Positions 24,956 to 38,452 of a stretch of DNA of 64,000 nt are shown here, one piece after another (position 1 is the first letter of the stretch; each line of letters begins with the position of its first letter). The notes beneath the pieces were generated by a model that worked only from the letters and a program-made list of their open reading frames with translations, was not told where the DNA came from and did not search any database. This DNA is from Cyanophora paradoxa CCMP329. Its lineage: Eukaryota > Plantae > Glaucophyta. The DNA lies in the NCBI GenBank assembly GCA_004431415.1, contig QPMI01000152.1:214351-278350 (forward strand). Reading direction: 5' to 3'. Both the position numbers and the translations under genes were made by a program.

Positions 24956-27900
24956 ATGGCGGAGAACGATGATGACGAGGCCTACGTGCGGGCGGCCGCT
25001 AGCGGACTGGGCCTGGGCCTTCCCCCGGGCCTCCTCGCCGCAGCCCCTGAGTCAGCCGCCCTCGAGTCGACCGCTCTCCCGCGCGCCTGACGCCCGCCTC
25101 GCAGCATGAGCGTCGCTCTGCCTCGAGACAGCGGCTCGAGCTCGAGGTCTGGGGCGCGCGCCGCGCGCCGCTCGAATGTTAGCTAAGAATTTGACTGCAG
25201 GGCGCGCTACGACCGCGGCGGCGAGCTCGCAGGTCCGAGCCTTGCCCTGCATGCACCGCCACATTCATTCGCGATTCTGATCGGGGCCGTGCGGCTGCAG
25301 AGTACGACGACCGCAAGGGGAAGGGCCGCGGGCGCCCGAAGATGAGCCCGGAGGTAGCCCACGTGATGGGCGAGGCGAACATGCTGTTCGCGAACAAGCA
25401 GTTCAACGAGGCGCGCGCCGCCGCGGCGCGCGGGGCCGCGCGCGGGGCCTGACGGCGGGGGCGGGGGCAGGCGGAGGGCCTCTGCATGGAAGTGATCCAG
25501 GCGGCGCCGATGGCGGCGGACCCGTACCACGTGCTGGGGCTCATCCACCAGCAGCAGGGCGACGAGAAGCGCGCCTTCCAGTTCCTCATGCTCGCCGCCT
25601 CCCTCACCGAGTCGGACCCGGAGCTCTGGCGCCAGCTCGCCGTCATGTCCCGGCAGCAGGGGAACCTCCCGCAGGCGGCCTTCTGCTACGCGCGGGCCGT
25701 GCGGGCGGACCCGCGGGACGTGGACACGCTCTGGGACCTCGCGCAGACGCACGCGGAGCTGGGGCAGGCCGCCCGCGCCGCCGCCCGCCTCGAGGCCATC
25801 CTCAAGCTCCGGCCCCGCGACCCCGCCGTCCTCAAGGAGCTCGCCAAGGCCCGCCCCCGCCCCGCCGCCGCCGCCCGCGCCGCTCTCACCGCGATCCCGC
25901 CCCCTTCGCGCCCCCAGGTCCTCTCGGACGACGGGCAGAAGGGGGCGGCGGCGGACGCGCTCCTGAGGCACCTCGCGACGGACGCCGTGCGCCGCGGCCC
26001 GCCCCAGTCCCCCCGCGGCCGGGCCGGAGCGGGCCGGGGGCAGGACCTGCGGGAGACGGACCTGAACGTGCTCAACGTCGCCATGGAGATGCTCCTCGCC
26101 ACCGGCCAGCACGCCCGCGCCGCCTCCGTCCGCCCCGCCCCGCCCCGCCCCGCCCCGCCGGCCGCCCTGCTCGCGCGCCCGAGCGAGCGCGCCGCGTGCA
26201 GCTGCTGGAGCGGGCGGTGGGGGCGCGGGCGGGGCCGGGGCGGCGGCCTGCACCTCGACCTCACGGTCAAGTACGCCGTCGCCCAGACGCACCTCGGCAA
26301 CTACGCCGCCGCCGACGTCCGTCCGCGCCCTCCCTCCGTTCCCCCTCCCGCCCTCCCCCCTTCCCCCCCGAACCCGCCCGGCAGCGGCACCTGGAGGGGC
26401 TGCTGGAGCGGGGCCAGCCCGTGGAGCTCTACGCCGACCTCTACCTCGAGGCGGCCGACGCGCTCGCCGCCGCGGGGCTCCCCGACCGCGCCCTCGCCTT
26501 CCTGCACCCCCTCGCCCGCGTCGAGGAGCACGACCGCCCCGCCCTCTGGCTCCGCCAGGGCCGCTGCCACCGCGCCCGCCGCGCCCTGCCCCTCGCCGCC
26601 GACTTCTTCGAGCGCGGTGCCGCCCCCCGCCCCCCCTCCCCCGCACCCTCCCGCCCTCCTCCGCCTGAGGGGGCGGGCAGTGGTCGCGGAGGGCGGGGCG
26701 GGCTCGCCGGAGGGCGTGGAGGCGAGCTTGGAGCTGGCGGCGGTGTACGAGGAGCTGGGGGACGTGGGGCGGGCCCTGCGCGCCTCGGGCCACACCGGCG
26801 CCGCATCCACAGCCCTCGCCCTCCTCCCGGAGGCCCAGCCGCCCGCCGCCCCCGCCGGCGTCGCCCCCGCCCTCGCCACCGCCGCCATCCCCGTCCTCCC
26901 CTCCCCCCGTCCAGGAGGCGGCGGCCGCGGCGGCGCCGGGGGCGGCCGCCGGGCCGGCGGACGAGGCGACGGTGCGGGCGGAGGCGCTGGCGCGGCAGGA
27001 GGCGGCGGCGGCGATCGCGGAGGCGGAGAAGCGGGCGGCGCCGGCCAAGTCGCGGCGGCTGAACGCCGGCGAGGCGCTCCTCGTGGGGCTCGACGTCGAC
27101 GAGGAGGAGGCGAGCCTCTTCCCCATCGGCGCCGCCGACCTCTTCGAGGACCCCCGCCGCGTCGCCCAGCGCGCCCGCCTCTTCCACAAGGCCGGCGACC
27201 TCCAGGCCTTCGTCGCCACCTGCCTCCCCTTCGTCGCCTCCACCCTCATCCGCCCCAACCGCCGCTTCGCCGCCGGCCGCGTCCGCCCCACCCCGCTCCC
27301 TTCCCACGGCGCCGGCCCGCGCGCCGACGCGCGCCGCAGAGGAAGCAGCGGGAGTCGCACGGGGTGACGACGCTCTCGGGGTACATGTGGGGCGGCATCC
27401 GCCTCCGCGAGCCCAAGGTCCGCCCCCGCCCTCGCCCGATTGGGCGCGGGGCCCGGGGCGGCCCCTCGAGCCGGGCGCAGCCGTCGGAGGAGGAGCGGGA
27501 GGGCGGGGAGGGCGAGGAGAGCATCCTCCGCTTCTCGCAGTCGGCGGGCAAGAAGCAGAAGCGGCCCGCCACCGTCATCGTGCGCGCCGCACCGGCCCCG
27601 CCCCGCCCCGCACGCGCGCCCGCGCCGAGCGCCGGGCAGCCGCGCCCGATCGTGCGGAAGCGGCGGCGGCGGGCGGCGTGGGCGGACGCGGAGGAGGTGG
27701 GGGAGGAGGACGACGTCGGGCTGCCGGCGTACGACCTGTACAGCGGGCTGGAGCTCGCCGTGGGGGCCCTGGGCGCCCGCGACTACTTCGCCCTCGTCCT
27801 CGACCTCTGCAAGGCCCTCGCCGCCTTCGAGCGGTGCGCCGCGCCGGCGCGCCCGAGCCCGCCCAGCCCGCACCGATTAGAGCCTCCTTCAGGTACCGGG

Positions 27901-28890
27901 AGGCGATGGTGGTGTGCGACGCGGCGCTCCACTCGCGGGCGCTCACGGACCGGCCCACGCTCTCCGCCCTCAAGCACTTCGCCCTCGGCTGCGCCTACAA
28001 CAGCGAGGACTACCTCGCCGCCTACGAGTGCCCCCCGTCCCGCCCGCCCCGCTGCGGGGCCGACCCGAGCTCCGGCGGGGCGCAGGCACGTGCGGGACAT
28101 GTGCCTGGAGCGGCCCTACTCCATCCGCGTCGTCAACCTCTTCAACACCATCGTCACCAAGCGCGCCCCGCCCCCCCGCCCTCGAGCCGAGGGCGCCCCC
28201 CCGCTGACGGGCCCGGGGGGGGCGGGGCGCAGGATGGGGGGCTTCATGGCCCAGAACAAGTTCATCGTGCGCCTGCTGAACCGCCACCCCCAGTCCGTGC
28301 CCCTCATCGTCCTCGTGCGCCCCGCGCCCCGCGCCGCCCCCGCCTCCCTCCTCCTCCTCCCCGATCCCCCCGCCTCCGACGCGCGCCGGGCAGGTGGGGC
28401 ACCACTGCCTGATGTCGGGCTTCTACAACCTGGCGCTGGGCGAGTACTTCCGCGCCTTCCGGGCCCTCCCCGACGACCCCCTCCTCTCCCTCTCCATCGC
28501 CCTCGCCTACCTCTCCCAGGTCCCCGCCCCGCGCCCCTCCCCGCCCCCCGTCGTTCCCCTCCGACGGGTACGCAGGTGATGTCGCGGCGGGTGGAGGACC
28601 GGAACCTGTGCTGCGTGCAGGCGCTGGCGTGGCTCTACCGCTACGCGGCGCTGCGGGGGCGGGAGACGCCCGAGGCGCTCTACAACCTGGCGCGGGCGCA
28701 CCACCAGCTCGGCCTCCTCCAGCTCGCCGTCCCCTTTTACGAGCGCTGCCTCGCCCGCTGCTGCGCCCCCTCCTCCCGCCCGACCCAGAGCCTCGCCCGC
28801 GAGGCGGCCCACAACCTCGCCCTCATCTACCGCGCCAGCGGCAACGCGCCCCTCGCCCTCGCCCTCATGCGCGAGTACCTCACCATCTAG
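24956..28890 (+). CDS. GTF3C3: General transcription factor IIIC subunit 3 (Tfc4, TPR protein)
   Basis: MGEANMLFA, ADPYHVLGLIH, FLMLAASL, LDLTVK, YNLALGEYFRAF, EALYNLARAHHQLGLLQLAVPFYERCL, LAREAAHNLALIYRASGN...EYLTI*. Confidence 0.92.
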
Positions 28891-29125
28891 GCCCTCTCAC
28901 TCAGTGATTCTCTTGCCACCGCGCTCGCTCGCTTCGATCATCGGCAGATGCTTTGGTTTTCGTAGTTTACCGTAGTACAGTACAAGGGAGCGCGTCCGCA
29001 CATCGGACCGGATGCTTAGTATGCACGCTATCTCCTTTAAATTTTAGTATGGACGCTAGGTTCTCGATCAAAAAAGTTTCAATAGGTACGGTTCCTGGAT
29101 TCGAAAAAGAAGAGAAAAAGAAGCT

Positions 29126-32100
29126 TCAATCAGACGTCCTCCCTGTCGTCTGCGCGCGCGGGGGGGGGGGGGGGGGGTACCGGTCGGGGGTGCGCGGGGC
29201 TTCTCGCGGGCACGCGAGGCGGGCACCGTCGCGGAAGGGGTTGTGGTGGGAGGGGGCCCGTAGGAGCGGGCGGAGGTGGGCGGCTGGGGGGCGTCGGGGA
29301 AGTCGACGAAGTGGTGGGCGTCGTCGAGGTCGAGGGCGGCGGCCGCCTCCTCGAGGCTCTCCGCGGGGCCCACGGCGATGACAGTCGGGTGCTCCCCCGG
29401 GTCGATGTCCACGGTCACCGACCGCGACGTCGACGGCGCCGCCACCGGCTCCTCCACCCGCAGCGTCGGCGAGCGGCCCGTCTCCGGCGGGCCCCGCCGC
29501 GACTCCCGCCGCTCCACCTGCTCCGCCGCCGCCAGCAGCCTGCCCCGCCGCGGTGAGGCGCGGGGCGCGGGGCGGAGGCGGGGCGGGCGGGGGGCGGGCA
29601 GCGGGGGCGCACGGGGGGTTGACCTCCTCGAGGTAGCGTGCGAGGGAGGGGGAGAGGGCGCGGAGGAGGAGGAGGAGCTCGCGGGAGCGGTGGACGTCGG
29701 GCGGCTCGAGGGAGCGGACGTGCGGCCGGCAGGCCTCGAGGAGCACCGAGGCGGCGTACATGTCCGCCGAGAGGAGGAAGGCGGGCACGTTCTCCCGCGA
29801 CACCAGCCGCGCCAGCCGCCGCTCCGTCTGCTCCTTCAGGTGGCCCAGCCTGCATCCCCCGGAATTGGGGGGGCGGGAGGGGCGGCGCGGGGCGGGGGTA
29901 CAGGGTCGGGGGCGCACGAGTGCTGGCAGGCGAGGTCGAGGAGGCCGAAGAGGTCCGAGGAGCGGGCCACGGGCTCGAGGTCGACGGCCCCCGTGTAGAT
30001 GTACCCCATCAGCAGCTCGAAACTCCGGTACCTGCGGGGCGCCCGGCTCGGCGGGCGGCGCCGCGGGGGCAGGGGAGGGGCGGGGCGCACGAGGTGTCGC
30101 GGATGGTGAACTCCTGCGTGACGGAGCCGCTGGCGTTGCCCGTGAGGATGACCGTCGGGGCGGCGAACATGCTCCGGAAGAGCGGCGAGCGGCCGGCGCA
30201 GATGAGGCGGTGCGCGTAGAAGTCCTTGCCCTCCACCTGCGCCCAGTCCGGCTCGGCCCCGCGGGGCGCCGCGCGCCGCGCTGCGGGGCGGGACGGGCCT
30301 TGAAGGTGACGTCGGAGAAGGCGGGGTCGTTGATGGCCTCCTTCAGGCTCGCCGCCAGCGAGTCCACGAAGACCGCCGACGCCGCTGCCCCGTCCGCTTG
30401 GTCGCCCGCCCGGGGCCGCGCACGGGGCGGGCGGGGGGCGGGGGCGGACCCTGGGGCAGCTTGGAGCGGCGGAGGCAGGAGGAGTCGAGCCAGTCCTCGA
30501 TCCAGCGCGCCCCGGAGGGCTCCGTCAGCAGCCCGAGGCCCTCGGGGCGCCCGTTCAGCCACTCCCCCTCGAACTTCGTCCCGTCCGCCTTCACGTGCGT
30601 CCCCTGCCCCCCGAGCGCGCTCGTGTCGGGCCTCCCGCGCGTCCGCCCCCATGCGGGGCGGGGGCGCACGAGGCCGGTGCGGCGGCCGTCCTGGAAGGAG
30701 CCGTCGTAGTGGTTGCCGTTGGGCCAGAGGAGGCGGCCCTGGCCCGTCTCCTCGAAGACGGGGTCCCAGTCCCCCTCCTCGCTCGGGGGCCGCCCGGCGA
30801 GGGCCCCCTTGGAGAAAACCCGCATCTCCCCCTCGTAGCGCGTCCCGTCCGGCCGCGCGCACGTCCCCAGGAAGCGCGTCGGCATCGGGGGGAAGCTCTC
30901 CCGCGCCTCCTGCGCCTCCCGCTCGCCGCCCTCCTCCGCCTCCTCGCTGTACCCGAAGTAGCCGGCCAGCACCGTCCCGTCCGCGCACTTCAGCGTGCCC
31001 CTGCGCGCCCCCCGGCGCGCGTCGCACGAGCGCCCGCTGGGCGGAGGGGGAGGGCGGGGCGCACCGGCCGAGCCTCTTGCCGGGCTTGATCTCGCCGCCG
31101 TAGTGGTCCCCGTTGGGGAAGGTGAGGGCGACGTGGCCCGACCAGGAGGGCTCGCCGGCCACCCACTCCCCGTCGTACATGTCCCCGTTGGGGTACGACT
31201 CCCGCCCCTGCCCGTGCGGCTTGTTGTCGAGCCAGTGGCCCTCGTACACCTCCCCGTTCGTGAACGTGCGCTTCCCACGGCCCGACCTGCACCCGGCCTG
31301 CCAGTCCCCTGCCGGCGGGGTGAGCCCGCGTCGGAAGACGAGCGCTCTCCCCGCGGCGCAGGCGCCGGCGCACCCTCGTACACGTCCCCCGAGGCCCACT
31401 TCTTGACGCCGTACCCGCACGCCAGGTTGTCCCGGAACTCGCCCTCGTACGTGTCCCCGTTCGCCGAGATCTTGAGGCCCTGCCCGCACTGCTTCCCCTT
31501 CTTCCACTCGCCGTCGTAGCGGGAGCCGTCCGGCCACGTGTACGACCCGATCCCGTCGAATAGGTCGTTCTTCCAGTCGCCTGCGCCGCGCAGGGGCTCC
31601 TCAGCCCGGCCCCGCCGCTCCCGCCGGGCGCGGGGGCCCCCGGTTCGCCGGACCTTCGTACTTGGCGCCGTTCGCCCGCATCCACATGCCCTTGCCGTCC
31701 TTGCGGTTGAACCTCCACTCGCCCTCGTACACGTCACCTGCGCTGAGGCGGTCAGGAGCCGCTGGCGCCAGCGTCCACGCGGCGGGCCCGGGGCACCGTT
31801 GGACCAGATGCGCTTCCCGCGGCCGTGCGAGGCGTTGTTCTCGAACTCGCCCACGTACTGGTCCCCGTTAGGCCACCGCTTGATCCCCCGCCCGCACAGC
31901 TTGCCCTTCAGCCACGTCCCCTCGAACACCGTCCCGTCAGCCCGTATGTACACGCCGCGGCCTGGGTCGCGGGGGGACGCGACGTGGGCGCGGGGCCGGC
32001 TCGAGTGTACCGAGCGCGAGGAGGGCCCCACCTTCGAATGTATCGTTCTTCCAGTCTCCTTCGTACGAGCACCCGTTCGCCCGCGTCCACTTCCCGTGGC

Positions 32101-32614
32101 CGCTCTTCCGGTTCTCGTACCAGTCGCCTGGACGCGTGAGGCATCAGCTAAGGACGCAGGGGAGCCGCAAGGGGCCGGCACCTTCGTACACGTCCCCGTT
32201 GGCCGATATCCTGACGCCCCAGCCGTGCGCCACGTTGTTCACGAAGTCGCCTGCGCCGCCGCGGGCATCGGAGGCCGCCTGGCGTCAACGATTCATCGCA
32301 GGCCGCACCTTCGTGCCGGTCCCCGTTCGGCCACATCTTGTCCCCTTTGCCCTCTTGCCTGCCCTCCACCCAGTCGCCCGAGTACCGCGTCCCGTCTCTC
32401 CAGTAGTACGTGCCGTTCCCTGAGCGCGCGCTCAGACGCCCCCCGACGGGTCGTGAGGGACAGGCTCACCGTGGAACTTGCCATTAACCATATCTCCTTC
32501 ATACCTGCACCGCCTATCACACTCCGCACGCACGGGTAGCGCTGCGCAACCGCACCGGTCTCCATTTTTGTGCTGCAGGACGACTCGGCGCACGGCAGGC
32601 GCGTCTGCAGACAT
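29126..32614 (-). CDS. MORN-repeat + BTB/POZ domain protein
   Basis: Many YxGxW..G..HGxG MORN repeats (32560-30500); BTB FSDVTFKVEGKDFYAHRLICAGRSPLFRSMF...FELLMGYIYTG; BACK-like segment LVSRENVPAFLLSADMY. Confidence 0.85.
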
Positions 32615-33077
32615 AGCGAGCGACGCGCCGGCTGCGTTGGCAGCCGAGCGTGCTGTAGCTGCTCGTTATGCTTTCGAAGTGGCCGTCCGATCAGCAGCCG
32701 TGCGGTTCTGGACTGGCTTGGGCGCTTCCCTCCTAGCTCAAGGATAAATCAAGGCGGCTCTGCTGGTCCAACCGTTCGCACTCCGCGGCTCGAGCTCACG
32801 GGCTCGCGCCACTGCGGCGCTTGATTCCGACCAACTAGACCCCGCGTACGCCGCGGTCTCGACCTTTGCGCACCGCGCAGGCACGTCGCTCGTGCTCCCG
32901 ATCGCTCGCTCGGGTGGCTGGGCGAGTTTGTCCAGAGGTGACAGTATACCCCGGCGTCCGCAGACCTGCCAGACCAGCGCAGCTTTCCCGCATCTCCGGT
33001 CATCTAGCGCGTGTCCGGCCGCATCAGAGCATCGCACAGACGGGCTAGTGCATATCTAGAGGGGGGTTCTCGCCGCG

Positions 33078-34705
33078 ATGGACGGACTTCAGGTCGACAA
33101 GATTGAAATCCGTGCGGCACCCGCGCGACGCGCTGGCGCTACTGCGTCATTGCCGTACAGCGCGCTGATCCTGCGACGTACGCGCAGCACTTCCATTGGA
33201 CCTGGCCAAAACCCGTTTCCTGCTCACATGCGACGCGTACACGGGATCCAAGGAGGAACTGAAGAAGCAGCTGCTAGATGCCGTTGTCTCCAGAAGTGCG
33301 GGCGCGCTGCGCATGTGCCGCGCTGGCCCGTCTGACAGCTGCATCGCAGAAATGGCGCCCCTGTACGCCGAGCTGTGCACGGAACTGGGATGGCAAAAGG
33401 ATGAGGCGTTGCTCGAGAGTATGAAGACCGCGAACCGCGATGAGCTGGCGAAACTGGAGGAAACCTTGGCCGACGCGGAGAAGAACCTTGGCGAGAACGA
33501 GGTGCGGGAAGCGCTCGTTGCGAAGGCGGACTTCTTTGCTCGTATCGGGGACAAGGTTCGCACTGCTCTAGATGCGCGTTCAAGCTGGGGTCGCCGCCTG
33601 AAGCTTGTGCTCAGGAGAACGCCCTCACCGCGTATCGCGTGGCCGGGACCAAGACTGTGGCGCTCGGTCAGCGCATTGATCTAGTGCTTGCAACGCTGCG
33701 AATCGGTCTGTTCTGGATGGACGTCGATGTGGTAGTGCGCAACCTTGAGAAAGCGAAGAGGTGCGCCACCCTGAGGTCCAGCGAGCTTCTAGTCTGAGTG
33801 CTTCCGTGCAGCCTCGTCGAAGAAGGTGGAGACTGGGAGCGTCGGAACCGGTTGAGAGTGTACGAGGCAACGTGGTGCATGGCAACGCGCGATTTCAAGA
33901 AGGCTGCGACCCTGTACCTCGAGTGTCTCGCGACATTCACCGCCTATGAACTCTGCTCTTTCAACGACTTTGTTTTCTACACTGTTATGACTTCGATGGT
34001 GTCTCTTGACCGGGTGTCCCTCCAGAAGAAGGTTTGCTGAACATGCTCTCTGTTGCCTTCTGTTTTTCATATCTCTGCTCAGGTCGTCGACGCCCCCGAA
34101 ATCCTCTCCGTCATCGGAGAAATTCCCTACCTTCGTCAGTATGTCGACTCCCTGCACAACTGCAAGTACAGCGCCTTCTTCGATGCACTCGGTGCATTCG
34201 CCGCACCTTCAGTCCAGTCGCTGTTCTCATTCGCATTCCCTCTCTCGCCAGCAAACCTCGCGACCAGCATCAAGGTTGACCGCTACCTCGCCGCTCACTT
34301 GCGGTTCTACATGCGTGAGATGCGTGTGGTGGCCTACGCCCAGTTCTTGGAGTCGTACCAGAGTGTCACCATCAACAGCATGGCAACAGCATTTGGCGTC
34401 TCTGCCGATTTTCTGGACAGGTGCACTTTCTGCGGTCATTCTTCAATCCATCGTTCCTGATGCGGGTCCTGCAGGGAGCTGTCGCAGTTCATTGCCTCAA
34501 ACCGCATTCACTGCAAGATCGACAAGGTCTGTGCATCTGCCTCTGCTATCTTGATTCAGATTTGGTTAACACCCCCTTGCAGGTTGCCGGCATTATTGAG
34601 ACGAACCGACCAGACTCCAAGAATTCCTACTACCAGCAAATGATCAAGCAAGGCGATCTCCTCCTGAATAGGCTACAAAAGCTCTCCAGGGTCATCAATG
34701 TATGA
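33078..34705 (+). CDS. RPN7: 26S proteasome lid subunit Rpn7 (PSMD6)
   Basis: [68 protein letters not shown]...[17 protein letters not shown]. Confidence 0.97.
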
Positions 34706-34759
34706 GAAGCATTGATGTACAGGCTTGTCTCATCCTCTGTAATTTCACACGCTACCACA

Positions 34760-37700
34760 CTACGTATTATCCATCTGCGTAGCCTGCTCTAAGTGTTGAA
34801 GTATGCGATCTAGAAACTCTGAAGACCTATGCCTAGACTTTGCTGCTGTGGCTTCCGTCCGAATGACTTCAGGGTTTACGTGGGAGCATGCTTCTAGTAC
34901 CTGGCAGACGGCTTCTTGTACCTCCCGATTCGAGTCATCTGATAACATGTTAGGCAGGCAAGGCATGCAGTGCGGTGCCACAGGCGAAAATTTCACCTAG
35001 ATGGACCAAAAGCGCCTTGACCATGTAGCCAAATAACGACGATGACCAGTTGGCAGGGAGGGCCTTGGCAAACACCTGGAAGGCCTTGCAGAGCTCAATG
35101 CGGATCCGGTCATTACTGTCGTCGAGTCGCTTCAGTAACTCGGGGTAAATAAGCCGAATCTCATCCTCTGCAACACAATCAGAAGATGCGAAAACCTGCA
35201 TTGCAAGTGTCATCACCTGTGATCGAATGACCAAGCAGGGTGAAGAGGTGACGGAAGGCGCCACAGGTCAAGAAGCGTGTGTCAGGGTCGTAGTCGTCCT
35301 CCAGGCAAGAGTTCAGCACGGGGAGCATCTCGCCAAAGACTTCGAGAGCATGTGCACGAGAGATCACGTCTCGGCCTAGGAAAGAGTACATGCAGGCCAT
35401 ACACGTCTGTGAGAGTGCGCACACCATTATGACTGAACACCGGATTGGACAAGAAGTCAAGAAAAACAACCTTGCGAATGAAAGCTGCTGCTCGGCCAAC
35501 GCGCCAGATGCAGTTTGGGATCATAATCTCTTGCAGGATTCTGCCGCCATATGGAGCCGCATTCTTGCAGAAGTCATCGCTGCCCGTCATGTTGTTCAGG
35601 GTCGCGAGCATGCTGCGCCACGTTTAAGCACACTACAAAGGCAAAAAAAAAGCTATGAGATGAATTGTACCTCATACGGACTTCGGGGTCTTTCGAAACC
35701 TGGAGATTCTCAAGGAAGATGGACAGCAACCGATCCATGTAAGCAGGAGCTGCCGAGCTGCCATGCTCAAGAAGGTTTTGGAACAAAAGCATGTCCTGAA
35801 CCATGTCCATTAGCGAGAAAAAAGTAAAAGCCAACAGCTCATGAGATCTCACCTGTGATGACTTCGTCCAACCCTTCGAGGACTCCTCCAAAAGATGTAG
35901 CATGCGATCAAAATGTTGCAGGAAAAGAGACTTCAGATCAGGCTGGTTGGTCGATGCCCCCAGCTCGCTCAAGCAATTCAATGCCTGATTCCATCGAACG
36001 TGATAATCACTAAGCACTCGAGACATGAGATTGATTGCACCTTTGCCTTCACGTCATCGTCCTTTGCAATTGTCAGAATCTGGATAAGAGCATGGAAAAT
36101 CCGGAAGCTTGTGTCATCATCCATCGCAAATCGCCTTGCCATAGCCTCCGTCATCACAAGCAACACCGCTTTCTGCACTATCAATGAGCACATGCTCATG
36201 AGAATACCATGAGTGTGCGGACCTGCATTGGGACATGCTCAGACGTGCGCAGCTCATCATGCTCCAGTTCGTGGCACATTCTTGTCCATTTTTGGGCGAG
36301 CTGTACGAGCTTAGCATCACTTCTTGAATATGGAGAGCAACGACTCCTAGTTACCAGGTTGTGCTGTGCCCCTTTCACGATGCCAGCCAGGAAGATCAGA
36401 CAGCCGACTCTGTAAGTAAGTGATGTGTTTGGACCACCCCCTTGAGCGTGCTGGAAGCACGGCCAGAGAATTCCATCCAAATCCGCGAAATGGCCCATGG
36501 CCTCCGAAGCCGCCCTTGCCTGATGGAAGTTTTCAGCCAGAGCCATCTGGATGCATACGAAAACTCCACAAGACCTGTTGCACAATTGATGCGTCGTCAT
36601 CAACGACAGCCTTGCAGAGCGGAACAAGCAGGGAGTCCAGATAAGCAGTGATGTGCTCCTCAACAAACAGCTGCAAGTAATGCAGGATGCCCACCTGAAG
36701 GCAGAGATTTATGAGTAAACCATGTGAAGACCAGAAAACCCAACTGTCATATGCATACCGCTGCATGCCTTGTGCGAACAGTCCAGTCGGCGAGTTCCGC
36801 AGCAAGCAAACCCGCCATGGCGCTCAGGTTGCTCGTCATCAGAGCCCGTGCACCCCATCGTGGTCGCTCTGCTGCCTTGTTATTGAGCATCATTGCAGGA
36901 AAATCCATCCCCACATACCTTTAAGCGGTTCTGGGTATTGGAAACTCAAGTGAGGGCACTCGGATAATGACAAATTCGGCGCTTGGTCAGGGTGCGACTC
37001 CTCAAAGGCGGCCCCAAGAGCATTTATGCTTCTAAGAGCCACTGCCCGCACAGATTCCTGCTCATCGCTGAGCGCCTGCAGCAGAAGGGGAAGGATCTTC
37101 GGCATGAACTCTTTCCTGGTGCATTGTGTAAGAAACCCGAAGCAAGATTTTTGCGTGATATTACCTCGTTGGCATGACGGACAGCCAGTTGGCCCCAACA
37201 GAGACTGCCAGCTCCCGAATCTGGCCTGCACGATCGAAGAGAAGCCCACGGATGGAAGGTATAATTTCATCTACAATGACTCCAGAAGTCGGAACGACAG
37301 CTCCAACGGCCTTCACGGGCGTAAAAAAATTGACCAGAAAGAGTGGAACAGTTGACTCCTACCTCGAGAGCCGACGAGCGGACTTTGGAGTGTTGGTGGA
37401 CAAAATTCGACATCAGAGGCTTCATTAGAGCGCTTGCATGAGCGCCAATTCTGTCATGAAGGTGCTGCACAAGAAGGCGGACGCAGTCACAAGACGCCTG
37501 CCCTCTTTCATCAGATTTCGCCAAAAGCGAGTGACAGAGGGGCAGCGCGAACCCTTCTCACATCGGGAAATTGATCTTGCAGGCGATGCTGTAATATGCA
37601 GACGATATCCTCGAGAGATCCGGGAACGGCAGACGGCGAGCGTTGAATGAAAATGGCGAGGACTTCCACGAGCTGCAGGCGGACCTCCTCGATATCCTCC

Positions 37701-38097
37701 GGCAGCGGCACAACGCCTATGCGCTTGAATAGACTAGGAAGCACGTGCGGCACTGCGCCAGCCGGATCCGGCACGGCCGCGACGAGGCTGCGGGAGGGCG
37801 TGAGCAACCACCACGAACTGATCGCCGTGAACCCCGCGCGCACTCATACAACAACTTGGCCCCCAGCTCACGGCACTTCCCGACCTGGTCCGCGAGGACG
37901 CGAACGAGCTGGCGCGCTATGGACTGCTCGAGAAGCCGCTGAAGCACATCCGGCGCCGGCTTCGCTCCGGTGATAAGCTTCTCGTCCAGCCTTTCCAGGG
38001 CTTTCCGCCGCACATTCCGGTCATTGTCGGTGAGGCAGTTCAGGTCTCGAGCCAGCCCGAGCACCACCTCCTCCGCTCCTCCGTCGGCAGCCGCCAT
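34760..38097 (-). CDS. DNAAF5: Dynein axonemal assembly factor 5 (HEATR2)
   Basis: LARDLNCLTDNDRNVRRKALE, EDIEEVRLQLVE, LQDQFPDV, HQHSKVR, IPNCIWRVGR, IYPELLKRLDDSND, LLVHLDDSN; about 15 introns. Confidence 0.9.
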
Positions 38098-38452
38098 CCG
38101 CTGTTCCGCTGGCGTGCGGCGCGGTGCAGAGTTGCTGACGTGCTATACTGGTGCGCTTAGATGCGCCTGCACTCCGCGCACGGCACGGCTTGCTGGTGCT
38201 CGACGACTGGCGGAACGCTGCTTTTTTAAGCGCTGCCGCTGTGTGCGCTGGCCGTGGGAGAGCTGCGTGCCGTACGCGCAGCGTCGTACCAAACAACTGC
38301 GACGCGCGGCGCGCTAATATAACAGCTGCGAACTAACTCTGCTTACGACCGGTACCAGCGCCTTGCATGTACCCTCGACCCGCCCCGCGACCCGCGGCGG
38401 TTTCGCGCGGCTGGCGCAATGTCGGCACTTGAAAAAACGCAATGCTATCTAT

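Noticed and set aside
26200-26250. Apparent frameshifts in GTF3C3, the kinase linker (~5720) and the cNMP gene (~23400)
   Set aside because: They fall in G/C-rich runs with no slippery heptamer. Assembly indels are more likely than programmed frameshifting or pseudogenisation.
25207-27873. Very long antisense or alternative-frame ORFs (e.g. 888 aa here, 849 aa at 6047-8596, 865 aa at 52405-55002)
   Set aside because: Arg/Gly/Pro/Ala-rich shadows of real genes; extreme GC makes stop codons rare.
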